Positions 13,681-27,144 are shown, counted from the first letter of the stretch. The stretch: DNA of 64,000 nt from Macrostomum lignano (GCA_002269645.1 NIVC01000012.1:992001-1056000), one strand, 5' to 3'. Translations and numbers: made by a program. Notes: generated by a model from the letters alone, not told the origin.

Positions 13681-15616
13681 TGGGTAGGCTGAAGCGCGGA
13701 CGCACAACGCGGTTTCACGTCCACAGAAACTATCTATGGTTGAAAAAGCTTTAGCTATATGCTTCGTGGCGGTTTCGCAGTCCGCGGAGACTGTCTATGG
13801 TTGAAACCCAAATAGAGTTTGAAGCATTCTTCTCTTGGTGGGTGGGAGAGAAAATAAGATTTAAACAGCTTTAAGGTTCGGAATTAGCCATGTTTCACTG
13901 GGAATCAATACTAGAGGAAGATGTTAGCGGTTTAGAAATGAATGAGATTGAGTTTCTGCAGCAACTTGGACATCGTGATCCTGGTGAAGAAGTTAGTCAG
14001 TGGACCGGTCTGACCGTAAGACAGCAGGAGTTGATTGACGCAGAATTGTCCAATCCAAGCATTCTGAATAATGCCGAGCTTCTGCGGGAACTGACGGAAG
14101 AAGAGGAAGCTGCTGTGCAAGACGTCGAAGAGGCTGCCAAACCCAAATCGACCACGGATCAAACCGCTCTCCATGTGAAGCGCTTCAAAAATATCTGGTG
14201 GGCCAGAAACTGCCAGACAACATCGAAACAATGCCGATCCGCTATCTTTGTGCCTATATGCGGCTGTGGTTTGTGTCACTGAGGACTCAGGAAGGCAAGC
14301 CATACGCTGTCCGAAGTCTGGTGTGCTTCAGGGCGTCTATTCATCGGTACGTGCTGGAGACAAGGAACGTCGTGTGAATTATAGGTAACACCGAATTTTT
14401 GTCGTTTGAACGGACGTACAAGGCATGCCTGTTGACGGCTCTGAGGGAGAAAAAGTCTATTGGCAATGCGTCTACGTACTGTCCAATTGATGACTCTGAC
14501 TTCCATCGGCTGCGTGTGTATTTCGACCGTACGACACCGACGCGTCTACAATTCGAGGTTCTGTTTAAAATCGTGTATGGATTCGACTTCAAGGGCCGTG
14601 AGTGGCTGAGGGGATTGACGAAGGCCGACGTGAGGATTGACGAATGCGATGGAGTTCGATATATCCACTTGGTGAAGGATGGTGTGGAGAAGACAGTAAC
14701 GGCGGACGACCCAACCACACGAAAGTCGATCATTTTGGCCGAAACGCCGACTGACCCAAATACGTGTCCGGTTCGTGCGATGGAGATGCACCTGGCAAAA
14801 ATACCAGATGACGTCGGTTGTCTGTGGCCTAAACCGCTGGAACGAGGGTTTTCCATGGAAGGTTTCTGGTATCACAAGAGCCTTGTACTCGGCAAACACT
14901 GGCTTAATGAGTTCATGAAGAAATTGTGAACTGGCGGGACTGAGCAATCGTGCGCACACCAATCATTGCATACGCGCCTCCGTTGTAATCAACTTGATGG
15001 AGGATGGCGTCAGCGTTTCCGAGATTCAAGCCGTGACCGGTCACAAATGAGCGGAGAGCGTTGAACATTACAACAAGAGATTTAAGTTCTCCAAAAAAGT
15101 CAACCTGTCCCGAGCAATCAGTGGGCGACTCTCTGGCACTGCGGAAAAAACCCTGGCATCGGCTGGTCAGAGCGCCAGCAACGCGGGAACAAGTTCGACT
15201 GCTGGATGCATCGTACTGTCACAAAATACGACTGCGTTGGGCATGCCTGGGTCAATTGTAGCTAACCAGGGCGTATCGATTGGTGCCAACCAGGCGAGCG
15301 TTTTTGAGAACTGCAAATTTGAGAATTGCACATTCAACATTACACCACGCTATCTGACAGATGTAACTATTGAGGTAACTATTGATGAACTCTCCAGCCA
15401 CATATCATTTTGAGCTTCCAAGCGTTATTTACTGAATTATTTCGTTTACTTCGTGTTTCATTCCTGTTGTGTTTGGTCTTGTGTTTGTTGGCAGTGAAAT
15501 ATACAGTGGCTATAAGTGATGAATTGAATATAATTGAAATATGCTTCAACCATAGACAGTGACGGCGGAAAAATGCAGAGCGTTTCAATCGCGTTTCAAC
15601 CCAGGCAGCCTACCCA
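13681..15616 (+). mobile_element. Crypton-like tyrosine-recombinase element, copy 1, nested in the EnSpm-like element
   Basis: Perfect 14-bp inverted repeat TTATGGGTAGGCTG (13678-13691) / CAGCCTACCCATAA (15606-15619) with TA at both junctions. Subterminal TCTATGGTTGAA at 13733 and 13794 (+) and 15545 (-). It interrupts the transposase locus. Confidence 0.7.
13890..15413 (+). pseudogene. DUF3504-like (Crypton) tyrosine recombinase, with frameshifts and premature stops
   Basis: Reconstructed segments FDFKGREWLRGL, PNTCPVRAMEMHL, HTNHCIRASVV, AVTGHK*AESVEHY and C-terminal FENCKFENCTFNI. Frameshifts near 14190 and 14927; stops near 14375 and 15048. Confidence 0.8.
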
Positions 15617-15619
15617 TAA

Positions 15620-17171
15620 TATTAAGTATTTTATAAAGGATTCCATTCTTATCTTCAATATTACAATCTCTTTGAGAAGCAGAAAGTCGATACGGATTTG
15701 TGCACATAGCATGGTATTGTTGAGACACAAAGTTGAAGGAAACATTGTTTGGGATAGGTCCATTAGAATGTTGCTTAATATATTTTAGGTTTGAAGTTGT
15801 GATTTTATCTTTAGTTGATTTTATCATATTAAATTCTTGCAACCTGCCACCAATTTGTTTTAAAGGACGATAACTGGAACGAAGCATTCTGTTTATTTTT
15901 TGCATGAAATTTTCAAACTTGAATGCTGAGAAACTATCTAAACTGCCATTGCTTTTGACATCATCAGCAATGTGAATAAGATTATGCACATTGTAGGTTA
16001 GAAACTGTACACCATAAATATTAATACTTGTTGACACAAAAGTTTGAAGCAGTTTATTAGCATATGCATAGATTTCATTACACAAAATAGGGTTACATAA
16101 AATTGTAATTGCTGTGCTTAGATGCAGAAAGTTTTTGTACAACTTAGTTTGGAATAGCTGACTTTAATGCTAATAATCCAGAATAGAGCAAAAAAGTACG
16201 GAATTCAGTTGCCTTCCAAAACTTTAGATCATTTATTCCTCTTGGATTCCTTGAAAATTCAGATGGGGAAAAAGGAAGACATGGCTTGAAGATTGTCACT
16301 AATATGACAATCTAATATGACCCTGTACTGAAGTCTATAAGAAAGAGGTCCACAAGTCCATAGCAACAAAAGCCGCTTCATAACTCCAATACAAACTAAA
16401 TACATATAGTCCAATGGAAATGCCAAAATCATTTTTACTTTTAGTAAAATTAGTGGACTAATACCAGTATGATGATCTTCATCAGTTTGGGCTCGAAAGG
16501 ATTGGTCTGTTCGCAATGCTGCATTGGTCTCATCAGAATAACATGTTTTTCAAAAAAGCCATGAACTATGCACCTTTCACAAGAAGCATAGCCACTTAGA
16601 GCCATATAATGCTCCAAGAATAGGCCAAGATGCATCTTGAGTACTTTTTGAAATTAGGAGACCATCTATACTAATTTGAAGCTGTAGCTTAGATGTTGAC
16701 AACTCATGGGTTTTACTAATACAATCAAGTCCAAAATATAGAAAACTACCGGATCCCATTGGTTCAACCTTGATATTACGAGGAGTTTGCAAGAGTTTTA
16801 TAGCACACCGTGGAAGAAAAGTAAAGTAGCAGACAAGGATCTTTAAAAGAGCAGTTATTGCTGTTAGTGTAATGTTGTAAGCCTTTGCCCAATCTCGTAG
16901 CTGTTTAATTAAAGAAGCTCCACTTGAATATCTGATGATTCATCAGATGATTCAAAGTCATCTAGATCAGTAGCAAACATTGAATCAACATCCATTGCTC
17001 TACAGCATTCATTGTCAATGGCAGAAGTGGTTATAGTATGAACATGCTCACTAGTGACATCATAATCATCATCATAGGTTCATCTTCATCAACATCAGAT
17101 GTTGAAGCTAACTCTTGAAGCAATTCATCAAACTTTATTTTTGTATGCCGTTGAGACGTTCTTTTAGACAT
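15620..17171 (-). pseudogene. EnSpm/CACTA (CMC)-like DDE transposase, degraded
   Basis: Motifs LRDWAKAYNI...LLQTPR, LQISIDGL..SKS...WPILG, GYASCERC, FPLDYMYLVCIGVMKRLL..W and YNVHNLIHIADDV..NGSLDSFSAFKFENF, spread over several frames. Confidence 0.8.
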
Positions 17172-17739
17172 AGTGTATCTATAATATCTTGACTGATGCT
17201 TTTAAATTTAGTTATATAAGGTCTGATTTTTAGCATAGGGGATGGATGCCCGAAGCAGAAATATAAAGCTCGTGTATATTAGGCCCTAGAACATTTAGAT
17301 TTACTTTAAAAAGAACAAAAATTGTAAAAAAAAGCAAGTACCAAAATCAGATAAATTAGCTCGAATTGGCTTTAGAAGCGTTTTGTGTTTGTACTAAAAG
17401 AAACAAAATCAAGTGCGCTCAACAATTAAGTTACGAAGCGGAGTGCATGTCTAGACCATGTTACTGCAGTTCCGTCAAAGCAAAATACATTTCTTAGATT
17501 TAACAAATCTGTTACTGGATTGCACAAAAAGGTTGTATTATCTTTGTGCTGCACTATTTCTTTTTTTTCTCATTTATAAATTTATGAATGCTTATTTTAA
17601 TTTTGCGATGTTAACACCAAGTATTTTAATTTTTTTCTTTCCTGACGTCGCGTAAACGTCAAAATGCGACCTATGGCGACCTGAATTCGACGTCGAAATG
17701 ACGTATGGTGTTTGCCAACAAAAGCGAAAAGTACACCTG

Positions 17740-18200
17740 GTTCCCAGCTTCATTTAACTGATCGTCCATCGTTCTCAAACAGCTGGAAAAGTACCAGTTC
17801 TTACAAAGGTCGCACACAAGTTAAGTCATATGGAAATGTGGCGTTCTGCAGTCATAGATCAAGTCTGCGCGAAAAGTCATTTTCAGCGTTTTTTATCATC
17901 AAATTATCGAATAAGATGCTGTCGTAGCTTCGTCGTAGCAATTGGTTGGATCGGTCTGTGTCTGTATAGCTATCGCTGCGACATAAGCAATAGCATACAG
18001 GCACAGTCGTGAGCGCCTGTCTGGTGAGCCACATTTGCATACGGCAAAGTGATGACTGCATCTTCTTTGGTGGATGCGAGTCACAAACAGTAAAACCTTC
18101 TGAATAATTTGACAACAGGACCCAGTGATACCGAACAGCTTCATGGAATATCTGGACAAAAGTCTTCTGAGATGAAGTCATTTAGTTACAAAAATGTTAA
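17740..18200 (-). pseudogene. Degraded Ulp1/C48-like peptidase plus PHD-finger fragment (transposon cargo type)
   Basis: FVQIFH...YHWVLLSN...VCDS; after a frameshift QTGAHDC..LYAIAYVAAIA...DPT; then CRTP...CDLCKNWYFSSC. Confidence 0.5.
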
Positions 18201-20449
18201 AATTACAAAATTTAGTCTTTTAATTTACAAGTACTCTAGAAAAAAGCCAAACGATCAATACATACTTAGTTAACATACAATTCCAAACGCACTACATATA
18301 AGTCATTGACAGTAAAAAGTGGATATATCCAATACGACTAAAAGTAAATTCACTAGTGTCAGTGCAATTAAAAGGGGCTAATCAAGACGCTAAATTTGGA
18401 CAAAAATTGCAGAACTATTTTAAAAACACTGGCACATATTGATATGATTTTGTTATGTTAGAAGTAAGTTCTACATTTTACGGGAGTTGACTGCTAATAC
18501 TCACCCGGTTTGACACGGAGGTTACGATTATTCAATAAGGTCGGTAAAAGTAGGCCAGCAAGATGTGGCCACCTTGATCTGAGGCTAGGCAAGGCAAGAT
18601 GCTGCCGCTATGACCTCCCTGATCAGCTGCCCATGGGGAAGTTCAATTGACTGTCTGAAGCAATTAAACACGTCAGTTAAATAGTTTTAAGGCTTATACT
18701 CGTAGTTTTAGTGAAGGTATATAAAGTTGATAAGAGAAGCCGAGTGTATCAGACTTTTCAAAATTGTCCCAGAATTGGAATCCATGCATCGCACTCGGTG
18801 ACAAGGACATCTGGCCCCATGAAGTCGATTCCAGAGATTGAGCCAACTGGCAAAACCTGGTATCGCTACACAAAGCCTCCAGCCAACCACATTAGCGATT
18901 TAGTGCCAAGAATCGCCGATTGCAATTTTATTCTTAACTGTATATTACTCACTTTACGAATCAATCGACTAAGCAATTTTAAAATTTGTTCGGGTTGTAC
19001 AACTAAGCTATTTGTACCATACTAAGTTGGCTAAGCAGTAAAATAGAATCCCACTATTTCTACCTAAAACTTTTCTGTCATCATCATTCATCATGTAAAT
19101 GTGTATTTCTTTGTTTTAGCATGATGTGACTGAACATATGGTGCACAGCAAACGCAACAGCTATCGATAGCTCGTAACTATTATTTGGTTATTCCTTAAA
19201 GTCATTTTTAAACGATGCAGCACTAGTAATTTTTGGGTTTTATTGATTAGCATTATTACACCTCTTTCTGCTGCGATTCTTACTAATGCTAAAGTTTGTT
19301 TGTACGAGCGTATGATAAACACAATACTCATTTAATTCGTGTACAAAATTGCGTATTCACAAATTTTATTTTACAAATCGTCGAGTCACACAGGAAAACT
19401 CTGCTATCCATACATTTTGCTGTGTGTATAGCTGACAATAATCATGTAATGTTATGCTATGATATAATATATGTTCCATCTACTACGTTGATGTATCTGT
19501 TTGTACCTTAGTAATCTGCACCCCTCGTTCAAAATTTTCTGGATCCGCGCCTGCGCCTGCACAGCAAATAAAGCACACTTATTAACGGTAGATTGACTTC
19601 AAGTTGGAGTTGCTTGTAGATTCGCAACATCGTTGCATTGATAGGTTTGCTGATTTCAGTGAAGGCGGTGATGGCGGCAATACGAGATCGTAGTGGCATT
19701 GAAGGCATTGGAGCAGGAGTCAATCTTGACTCAGCATGATATTTTCATAAAGTGACAGGTGCACCAGCAATTAAAAATTGGGCTGCAGAAATTTGAAATC
19801 GCGCTTCTATATCATTCTCACTAGAACATAAGCCTCGGAGTGAGTGGCGTGAGTTATCTCTTCACAGTCTTTCTAACATCGGTGACTGTCTGATTTATCA
19901 CTTACAATCGTTTTCAAAAGTGGATATATGAACGCAACCCTGCCAACGATCAGAAATCCTGCCAATATAGTGCAGCTCAAGGAGCATGCGCTCAATGGTC
20001 CATCTTTTGTATGTCTTGTCTTCAGTCAGATCAGATGATTCATAACAGGGAGAAAGCAAGCACGTTCTGGGCTAGCCTGAATTACAACTGCTGCTGAATG
20101 GTTCTTAACAGTCGTATTTTTGCAATAATAAGAACAACTTCCGACTGATCTTAAAAGGCTTGTCACTTGGAAAATATAGCAGCAGAAGCTTAATTTGATC
20201 GAAGCTGTAGAGCTGGGCCTGAAAAGAGTGAGCTGTCGCTAAATTGTTATTGTTGGTGCGCCTGCACTCGCTCCCCTCTCTCATTCTTTTTGCTGTCTGC
20301 CTAACCATCCATCTTAAATTTAATTGCTCAATGCCTCGGCCCTCATGTGGGCCACCCCCGTTCCGCCCGTCTCTTATCTATCTCTCTCCTTATAAATGCA
20401 CACTCAACCCCCCGCTTCTCTTACCTATGAAGCAAAATTGATCAAGGGG

Positions 20450-20760
20450 CTTCCCTTGCATCTGACGGCGTTCGCGCGGTCGCTGTCAAGATCGTCTGAC
20501 AAGTCGTTGGTGATCAGCATCGATCCGCGAGCTGGCGGTGGCTGATGATGGTTTGGGGTTGTTTTCTGCGCGTCGATCTCTGCCTGGAATGCCGTCTAGT
20601 CGGCTTTGGCGAAGAACCATTTGGCTTTTTGTTGCTGTTTGGCGGCTGTCTTAGTCTTAGTCAGGTCAAAAGCAATAGGCAAGTGGTCGCTGCCGATGTC
20701 TTTGAGGGTTCGCCATGACACCTGGGATTTGACAGGGTCAAAACTCGAGCGGGATCTCCG
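20450..20760 (-). mobile_element. LINE apurinic-endonuclease C-terminal fragment
   Basis: Minus-strand translation WRTLKDIGSDHLPIAFDL...KWFFAKADWTAF (SDH motif followed by the W-x-F-x-KADW linker). Confidence 0.6.
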
Positions 20761-21972
20761 CGTGAACTGGAGCTTCCTCTGCGGCTCTTCCCTTAAGGCT
20801 AGCCAAATCTAACCTGACCTGCTCTGGCAAATCAACGTCAGGTGGAGGATTGAAAAAGTAGGCGTACTTTAACGCCCCTTAACACGCTGCCTCTTTATCC
20901 CGATCGTATACTTCCTGAAAAACTGGGTCAGATAAAACACACATTGCCATTACGTCTCGCTGAGACTCCGGAGACTCTCACTCGGCAGGACCGACGCAAG
21001 GCCGCTTTGAGTACAGACGACTACACGCTATCTCAATTTGCGCGGAATTAGCAGACCGACCCACGCCTATTACGCCATACAAATCAGTCAGTGTCCCTGG
21101 CGACGACATGGTCCTCCTGCTGAAGTGACACATTTTGGCTCTAAAAAATTCCCATCCAGATTGAATGTAGTTTAACCAATGAATGCGCTCCAACTAGCAA
21201 AAGCTGAGGACACGACCCCAACCAATGAAAAGTAGTTATGTACCATCCAATGCGATCAAGACTAAAGGTACTATAAAAGCCCATGTTAACCAAGCAAGAA
21301 GCTCGCCCTCTCCCTTTCGCCTCTCTTTTCCCTCCTCGCCATTCTAGCCTACCTCCTTTGACCACTTTTGATTGACACAGTTAGGGTCTTAACCCAAACA
21401 CTAAAACTGATAAATTCACTCACTAAACTAAACCAACAGCCAACCCACGTTCCACAATAGACTGAACCTTCGGTTCACCCGTACAATTAGAAACCCCTTG
21501 TAACTTGAATTGATCGAACTTCTTATTTGGAATTCCATCTTAGACATTATATTTTGTAAGATAACATCTCGAGATTGTGACCATCAAATACAGCGGTCTG
21601 TAAGTTACTATCAAGCGTTTGCATCATCAAGAAAAGTCAGTTGAATCCGCCGCCTCAGTTATTTGGCTCTCACATTGATATTTGAAGTAGACCTAGAGCC
21701 ATAGAAGTGAGAGACCAGAAGAAAAATAACATATTTCAAAGTATTTCACTGAAATGATGACATTTAAACCCAATCACTACCTAAGTCTAGCAAACTAACA
21801 ACCGTGACCCTGGCCTGACCCATCCCCTAACATGTTATTTTTTACCAAACGATTGACAACGCAATGTGTCCAGTATTTTTTGTTTTTTTTAATGCAGTCA
21901 ATGTTTTTATGTGCTTTTCATGTATTCAATTTTTGCTTTTTTTGTACTTTTGTGCTTTAAGTTTTTTCCATT

Positions 21973-22727
21973 TGATGTAACCACCTTTGTCGCCCGTCCG
22001 CTCCGTTGAGAGACGAACGCATGACCAGAGGGGGCAATGACCGTAGGCTGCCTATGACAGAGCAATGACCTGACGGAACTCCCGCACCAGACTGGAGAAA
22101 ATTGCGCAATGCAGAGGTGGGCTGGGGGATAATTGGCGCAGCGGGAGGTCGAGAAAGTGTTGCGCAAGCAAACATTGAGAACAACGGGGCTGGGGTCGAG
22201 GAAAAAGGAAATGGAAAACGGGGATAATTGGGAGAATCTAGAACAATAGAGCAGCAAACACTGGAGAAAAGGTGATAATTGGGTGTGAAAACGAGAACAA
22301 AAGAAGGAGGGCAGGAGGGGTCACACGACTTGCGTCACCGTTTGGGAGTTTGAGAAGGGATGGGGGAACGGTGAGCGCACGAATTGCTGTAAGTAGACAC
22401 TGAGAAAGGAGGAACAGCGCAGGAAAATAGTGCAAAAAGAGACAAAAAGATGGGGGACAGAAGAGGTACATAACGAATAGGGTAGAGCGCATAGGAGATA
22501 GGGTAGAGGGGAAGGTACAGAGAGGGACAGGGAGCTCCGGAAAGGCATGTGTGGTGGCCGGGGAGACGGAACCGAGGCAGCAGGAGGTGCAGCAGAGCGG
22601 GAGTCTGCAGGCCTGGTCAGAGACCTGGCCCAGTCTCGACGGCTCTGCTCAGGAGGTGCACGGTGATTGGAGGTACTTCCGAAAAAGTTCCCCTGCCCTA
22701 TCCCGCGACCAGAGCGTGGTTACATCA
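21973..22727. mobile_element. Solo LTR (755 bp)
   Basis: TG...CA ends with a 12-bp inverted repeat TGATGTAACCAC / GTGGTTACATCA, flanked by a 4-bp target-site duplication CATT (21969-21972 and 22728-22731). Confidence 0.75.
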
Positions 22728-23149
22728 CATTTTATATAATTTTTGGCTTTCTACCATTGACAGCAGCGTGAATGCAGATAAAGATGGCATGCATTAATAC
22801 AAGTGCATATTAAAAATCAATTTGGACATCCACCTTGTGAGCCAACTGCGAAGTAACAATACAGCACCGGATTCCCGTAATACGCAGGGGGCATCCCCGA
22901 CGCCCGCACAGTCAGCGCAGAGACGGCTGGCACTGCTCGAGCTACTGGCGCGCCTGGCGCAACTGGCGCCCCCGGCCTCACTACTCCCTGCCGAGGCCCT
23001 ACGGCAACTGGTGGCACAACATACGAGAAAAACTCCTTCTCCTCCTCAAGTTCCGACTCTGTAGTCTCCGGTCCCGTGGGCTCCTGTCCGCACCCCACCG
23101 GCTCAGGCGGATGCGCCGACTGGCGCTGCACTGTCGTCTGCCTACTAAT

Positions 23150-24200
23150 CAGCTAAAACTGCTCAGGCCGCTCGGCACTTTTCGGAAGTTATTATAGTGC
23201 ACTATTTTGCTCTTTCCTTAATTGGCGTGCTTAACCCGGTAGTTCAAATCGGATATCTTCTCTATTACCCTTGCCGGCCTCTTTCAATTGCAATGGAACT
23301 TGGCTGCCTCCTCGGCCTGCAATGCAGGTGAATATTCTAGGTCGGCATCCCCAACTTCTATGGTTGGACCCCGCACCCTCGAGTCGTAAAGCACTTTCTG
23401 CTTCCTCTGGTACTGCTGCAGGTTGGACCGCACCTGCAAATGAGCCTCAGTCAGACTGTTACCTAACGACTGAACATACGACGGAGCACGGTAATAGACT
23501 TAGGCAAGGTTCCGATGTCTACTGGAAGCCGCAATTTCTGGCGTATAGCATGTAGTACGGGGTGTACCCCGTGCCTCTGTGAACGCTGCTACGGTACGCC
23601 ATGAGAGACGGGTGGATCAGATCCTCTCAGTCTCCTTCCCCAGCCAACGCACTCATCCTGCACTTTATCAATCGACTTCAATGTCTTATTAAAAATCTTG
23701 GCCTGACCATCAGCCATCTGGTGCTAGGACGACGTCCTGCATTTCTTGACCGCCAGCAGCTGACACAACTGCTTCATCAAACCTGACTCGAAATTGGTGC
23801 CCTATTGGTGACTAGGAATTCAGGACAACCAAAGTGTGCAATCCAGTGGTCAAAAATCGCTCGCGCCACCGTGGGGGCTCGCTGATTCGACATGGGCACA
23901 GCTACCGGCCACTTGGTAAAAGAATCCTGGATTGTCAGCACGAATCGATTGCCCCCCTCTGGATCTGGGCAGCGGCCCGACGATGTCACTCATGATCCTC
24001 TGGAAAGCTCCTTCAGAGCGGATTGGCTGCAGAGGCGCCCGGTTGCCGCGCCCGGTTGCCGCGCCCGGTTGCCGCGCCCGGTTGCCGCGCCCGGTTGCCG
24101 CGCCCGGTTGCCGCGCCCGGTTGCCGCGCCCGGTTGCCGCGCCCAGGCTTTGCCTTCGCGCAGTGGACACAGCTCCGGCAATACTTGTTGTGGCGTGAGT
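23150..24200 (-). mobile_element. Gypsy/Ty3 LTR retrotransposon integrase remnant
   Basis: CRSCVHC zinc-finger end; FQRIMSDIVGPLPRS..GNRFVLTIQDSFTKWP core; C-terminal RVIEKISDLNYRV...KIVHYN; stops and frameshifts present. Confidence 0.85.
24035..24144. repeat. 13-bp tandem repeat (GCGCCCGGTTGCC)x8 inside the integrase
   Basis: Eight units counted directly. Confidence 0.92.
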
Positions 24201-27144
24201 ACTAAGTACAAGTATTGAGTACTTCAGTCGTACCGTATTTATGTTTCAACAGTATGGTATTTAACTCAAATCATTGCGTAACATATAGCCAATCTGCCAG
24301 GTGTATACACCCAACGTTTACGCTTCATTTACTAACAAATATAAAGCGGCGGAGTCAGTCGAGACTCCACAATTCTTATTTCTCAACTCTCGCTCGCACA
24401 AAAACCCACGCGTTTAATACACAACAATACTCTTCCATGGAACGATTCAGTCCCGGCCACCAGTATCTTGATCTTTGATCGAGACAAACTTTAAACTATC
24501 CATATAGTATATATATATATCTACGCAGTTATCGAATTGGATCTCGGCGGTTTTATGAAAATAATGAGCGATTCTGTGCAACTGCATGATGAATCAGGCT
24601 ATTAGAGATTAATTATGGAATGGGCGTGATTCCTGCGGTTTAGTCTACTGGTTTTCTGCTTTAGTATTTTTAGAAGTTAGTGGATTATTCGGGGTAGTTG
24701 GTAGATTTCGCTGCCACCAGGCTTCCTGTTCCCTAAATCATACATTCGGTAGCTAGTGATTAAAGGAGCAACACAGGAAAACCATTATTTAACAAAGAAA
24801 AATAAAAGAAAATTATTAAGCATGCAATGGTTACTGCTACTTAGTTATTCGTGCGTAAAACTTAGGCATAGACTACCTTGGAGTGCAATGTCTCGGCATT
24901 GAGTTAAGTTAGAACTAACTTCCAGGACGCTTTTCCTGAGCCCCAACTGCTCTGTGAATGTAATGAATCCCCAAAATTAGCGACTTACCCCTGTTCTAAT
25001 TACTTCCCCTAGCTAAAACAACTAACAATGGTCAAAAAGAATATTTGTCCCGTGACTAATTCTACCCCTAAATTATGCCCTACTACAAATACATATGAAT
25101 AGCTGGTGTAAAATTCCTGCCCAATTTCTATATCCCTCTATTCCCACTATATCCCTTTGATATAAGCGCTACTATTTTAGTATTTTAGTATCTACTTCGA
25201 TACCACAAATATTAAAATGATAAGAAAAAATGAATGCAAAACGCATCACAAAACTCATATTTGTTGATTTATTTGCGCCAGCTGTACATGATTTTTACAA
25301 AAATATCGAGGAGAGAACAGCATTTACTCAAAAAAGTCTGTAACGACTACTCTCTTGACTTGATCTGCTCGCGGCTGGTGCAACTGCAAACGCCTTAGAC
25401 AAATTAATGGAGCATGTACCGACAAAAATCGAATTAGCGTCTATCTTAATAGGAAAGCTGCTTTGCACACTGGACCAGTTAGAGCTATTTGGAACTCTTC
25501 CATAGTTTCAGTCTAGACACCCAGCTGTGCTAAACAATATGGTTGGCTGATACATGTTTCTAAGCGTCAAATATGACGATAGAATCATTCAGCCTGTTGA
25601 CACACTAAGCAGCTGTGACGGACTACATGCCAGTGGTAGTCAAACCTCTCTCACACAATCAGGGCGACACAATTTTACAATTGAATAAACAACCTTTTGT
25701 CTTCTGTACGGGGGATGGGCACAGCGCGCAATACGGACGCTACAGTACCGCCGTGAAGCAGATCAATTGCAGAGAATTAGAGAATGGAGAGGTTTCGCGC
25801 CGCAGTTCGCGGATGCCAGGGATTGCGTGACGGGATAGTATGTGTGCCTTCCGTCGGACGCACTCTCCGTAAACCCCATAAGCGCTGTTTCATAAGCGAT
25901 GAAACTATCGGGTCAGCTGAATTATAGTTAGCCAGGTATCAAACTCTGATCTGCTGACTTTATTGTTTCCAGCAAGTTTGGGCCACGTTATCTGGTGCAA
26001 TTCCGATTCAAACAAGATAACGGAGAATTATCTGGTGGCGAATCTTGTACTGTTATCTGTTTTTCAAACAAGATTCGCGCCATGTTATCTTGTGAAATTC
26101 AGATAAATCACCAGATAACAGTGAAACCAGATAACACTAAAATTACCTGGAGACTAATTTAGTGGTTTCACCAGTTTCGCACCCCAAACAAGTGAAGTGC
26201 TTGCTTGTCGCTTCCCAATCAATCACTGGAGCTGCCTACCTTGAACCCTTGGTAGATTCTCCTACTAAGTTGCTCTTAGTAGCGTTGGTAGATGCTGCCA
26301 CCAGCTCGCTCGGATCTTGTCCTTCGATGAAGAAGACTCCGGGCTGAGCGAAATAAACGAGACACGAGAACTCAGCACGCCGTGCAGATTTGACAGTTCG
26401 CACCGGTGCACACCTCGTCAGCGGTCCTGCAGGGCTTAAGTGCGGGGATAAGGAACTGTGCTAGTTTCTTGTTAGCTTGGTCGGGAGTATTTCCACAAGC
26501 TCAGTCACACAGTCACAGATGGTTCAGAAGTTAGATTAAAGTTGGCAGAGGGCAAGCGCGAACTGCGCAGGACTTACAAGCTAGCCCAGATCAGAGACTG
26601 AGTTAAACGAACTGATAGACGAAGGGAGTTAGCGCCAACCAACGGGTTGAAACGCAGAGCGCAAAGAGCGGTTGCCAAACAGAGGCTCGTACTTATAGGA
26701 TAGCGGATCGATTTCACCATACAGTGAGCACAGCCAGAACGGGCTGAACTCGGAATAAGAAACGCAGCCACACAAAAGGGAGAAAAGGTGGGGGGCAGAC
26801 AGACAATGAATCAAGAACAGGCTGAGCGGAGAAGCTCAGACACTGGGAACGCAAACGAACCGGAAACCGGGAGCGCAGGCAGCCAAAAGTACAACGGGAC
26901 GGGGAGAGGGAGAGAGAGAGGGAGAGGGAGAGGGAGAACGGGAGGGAGAGGGAGAGGGAGAGGGAGAGCTGCGGCCAGCAGCAGCCAACAGCTCAGAGGG
27001 GCGCAGAAGGCACAGCTGACAAAAGGGGGCACCTAACACTAAACTAGTCCTCACTTCACAAGGAAATCGGTAGTGAATCTGACAAGATTTGCAAATTACC
27101 TCGTGTTATCTGGTTTATTTACCAGAGGGGGGATAAAATACTAG

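Noticed and set aside
25360-25505. Ankyrin-like snippet LLAAGATANALDK
   Set aside because: Single short match bounded by stops; insufficient evidence.
26788-27036. RG-rich RNA-binding protein
   Set aside because: The RG run derives from a (GAGAGG)n microsatellite; no other domain or splice support.
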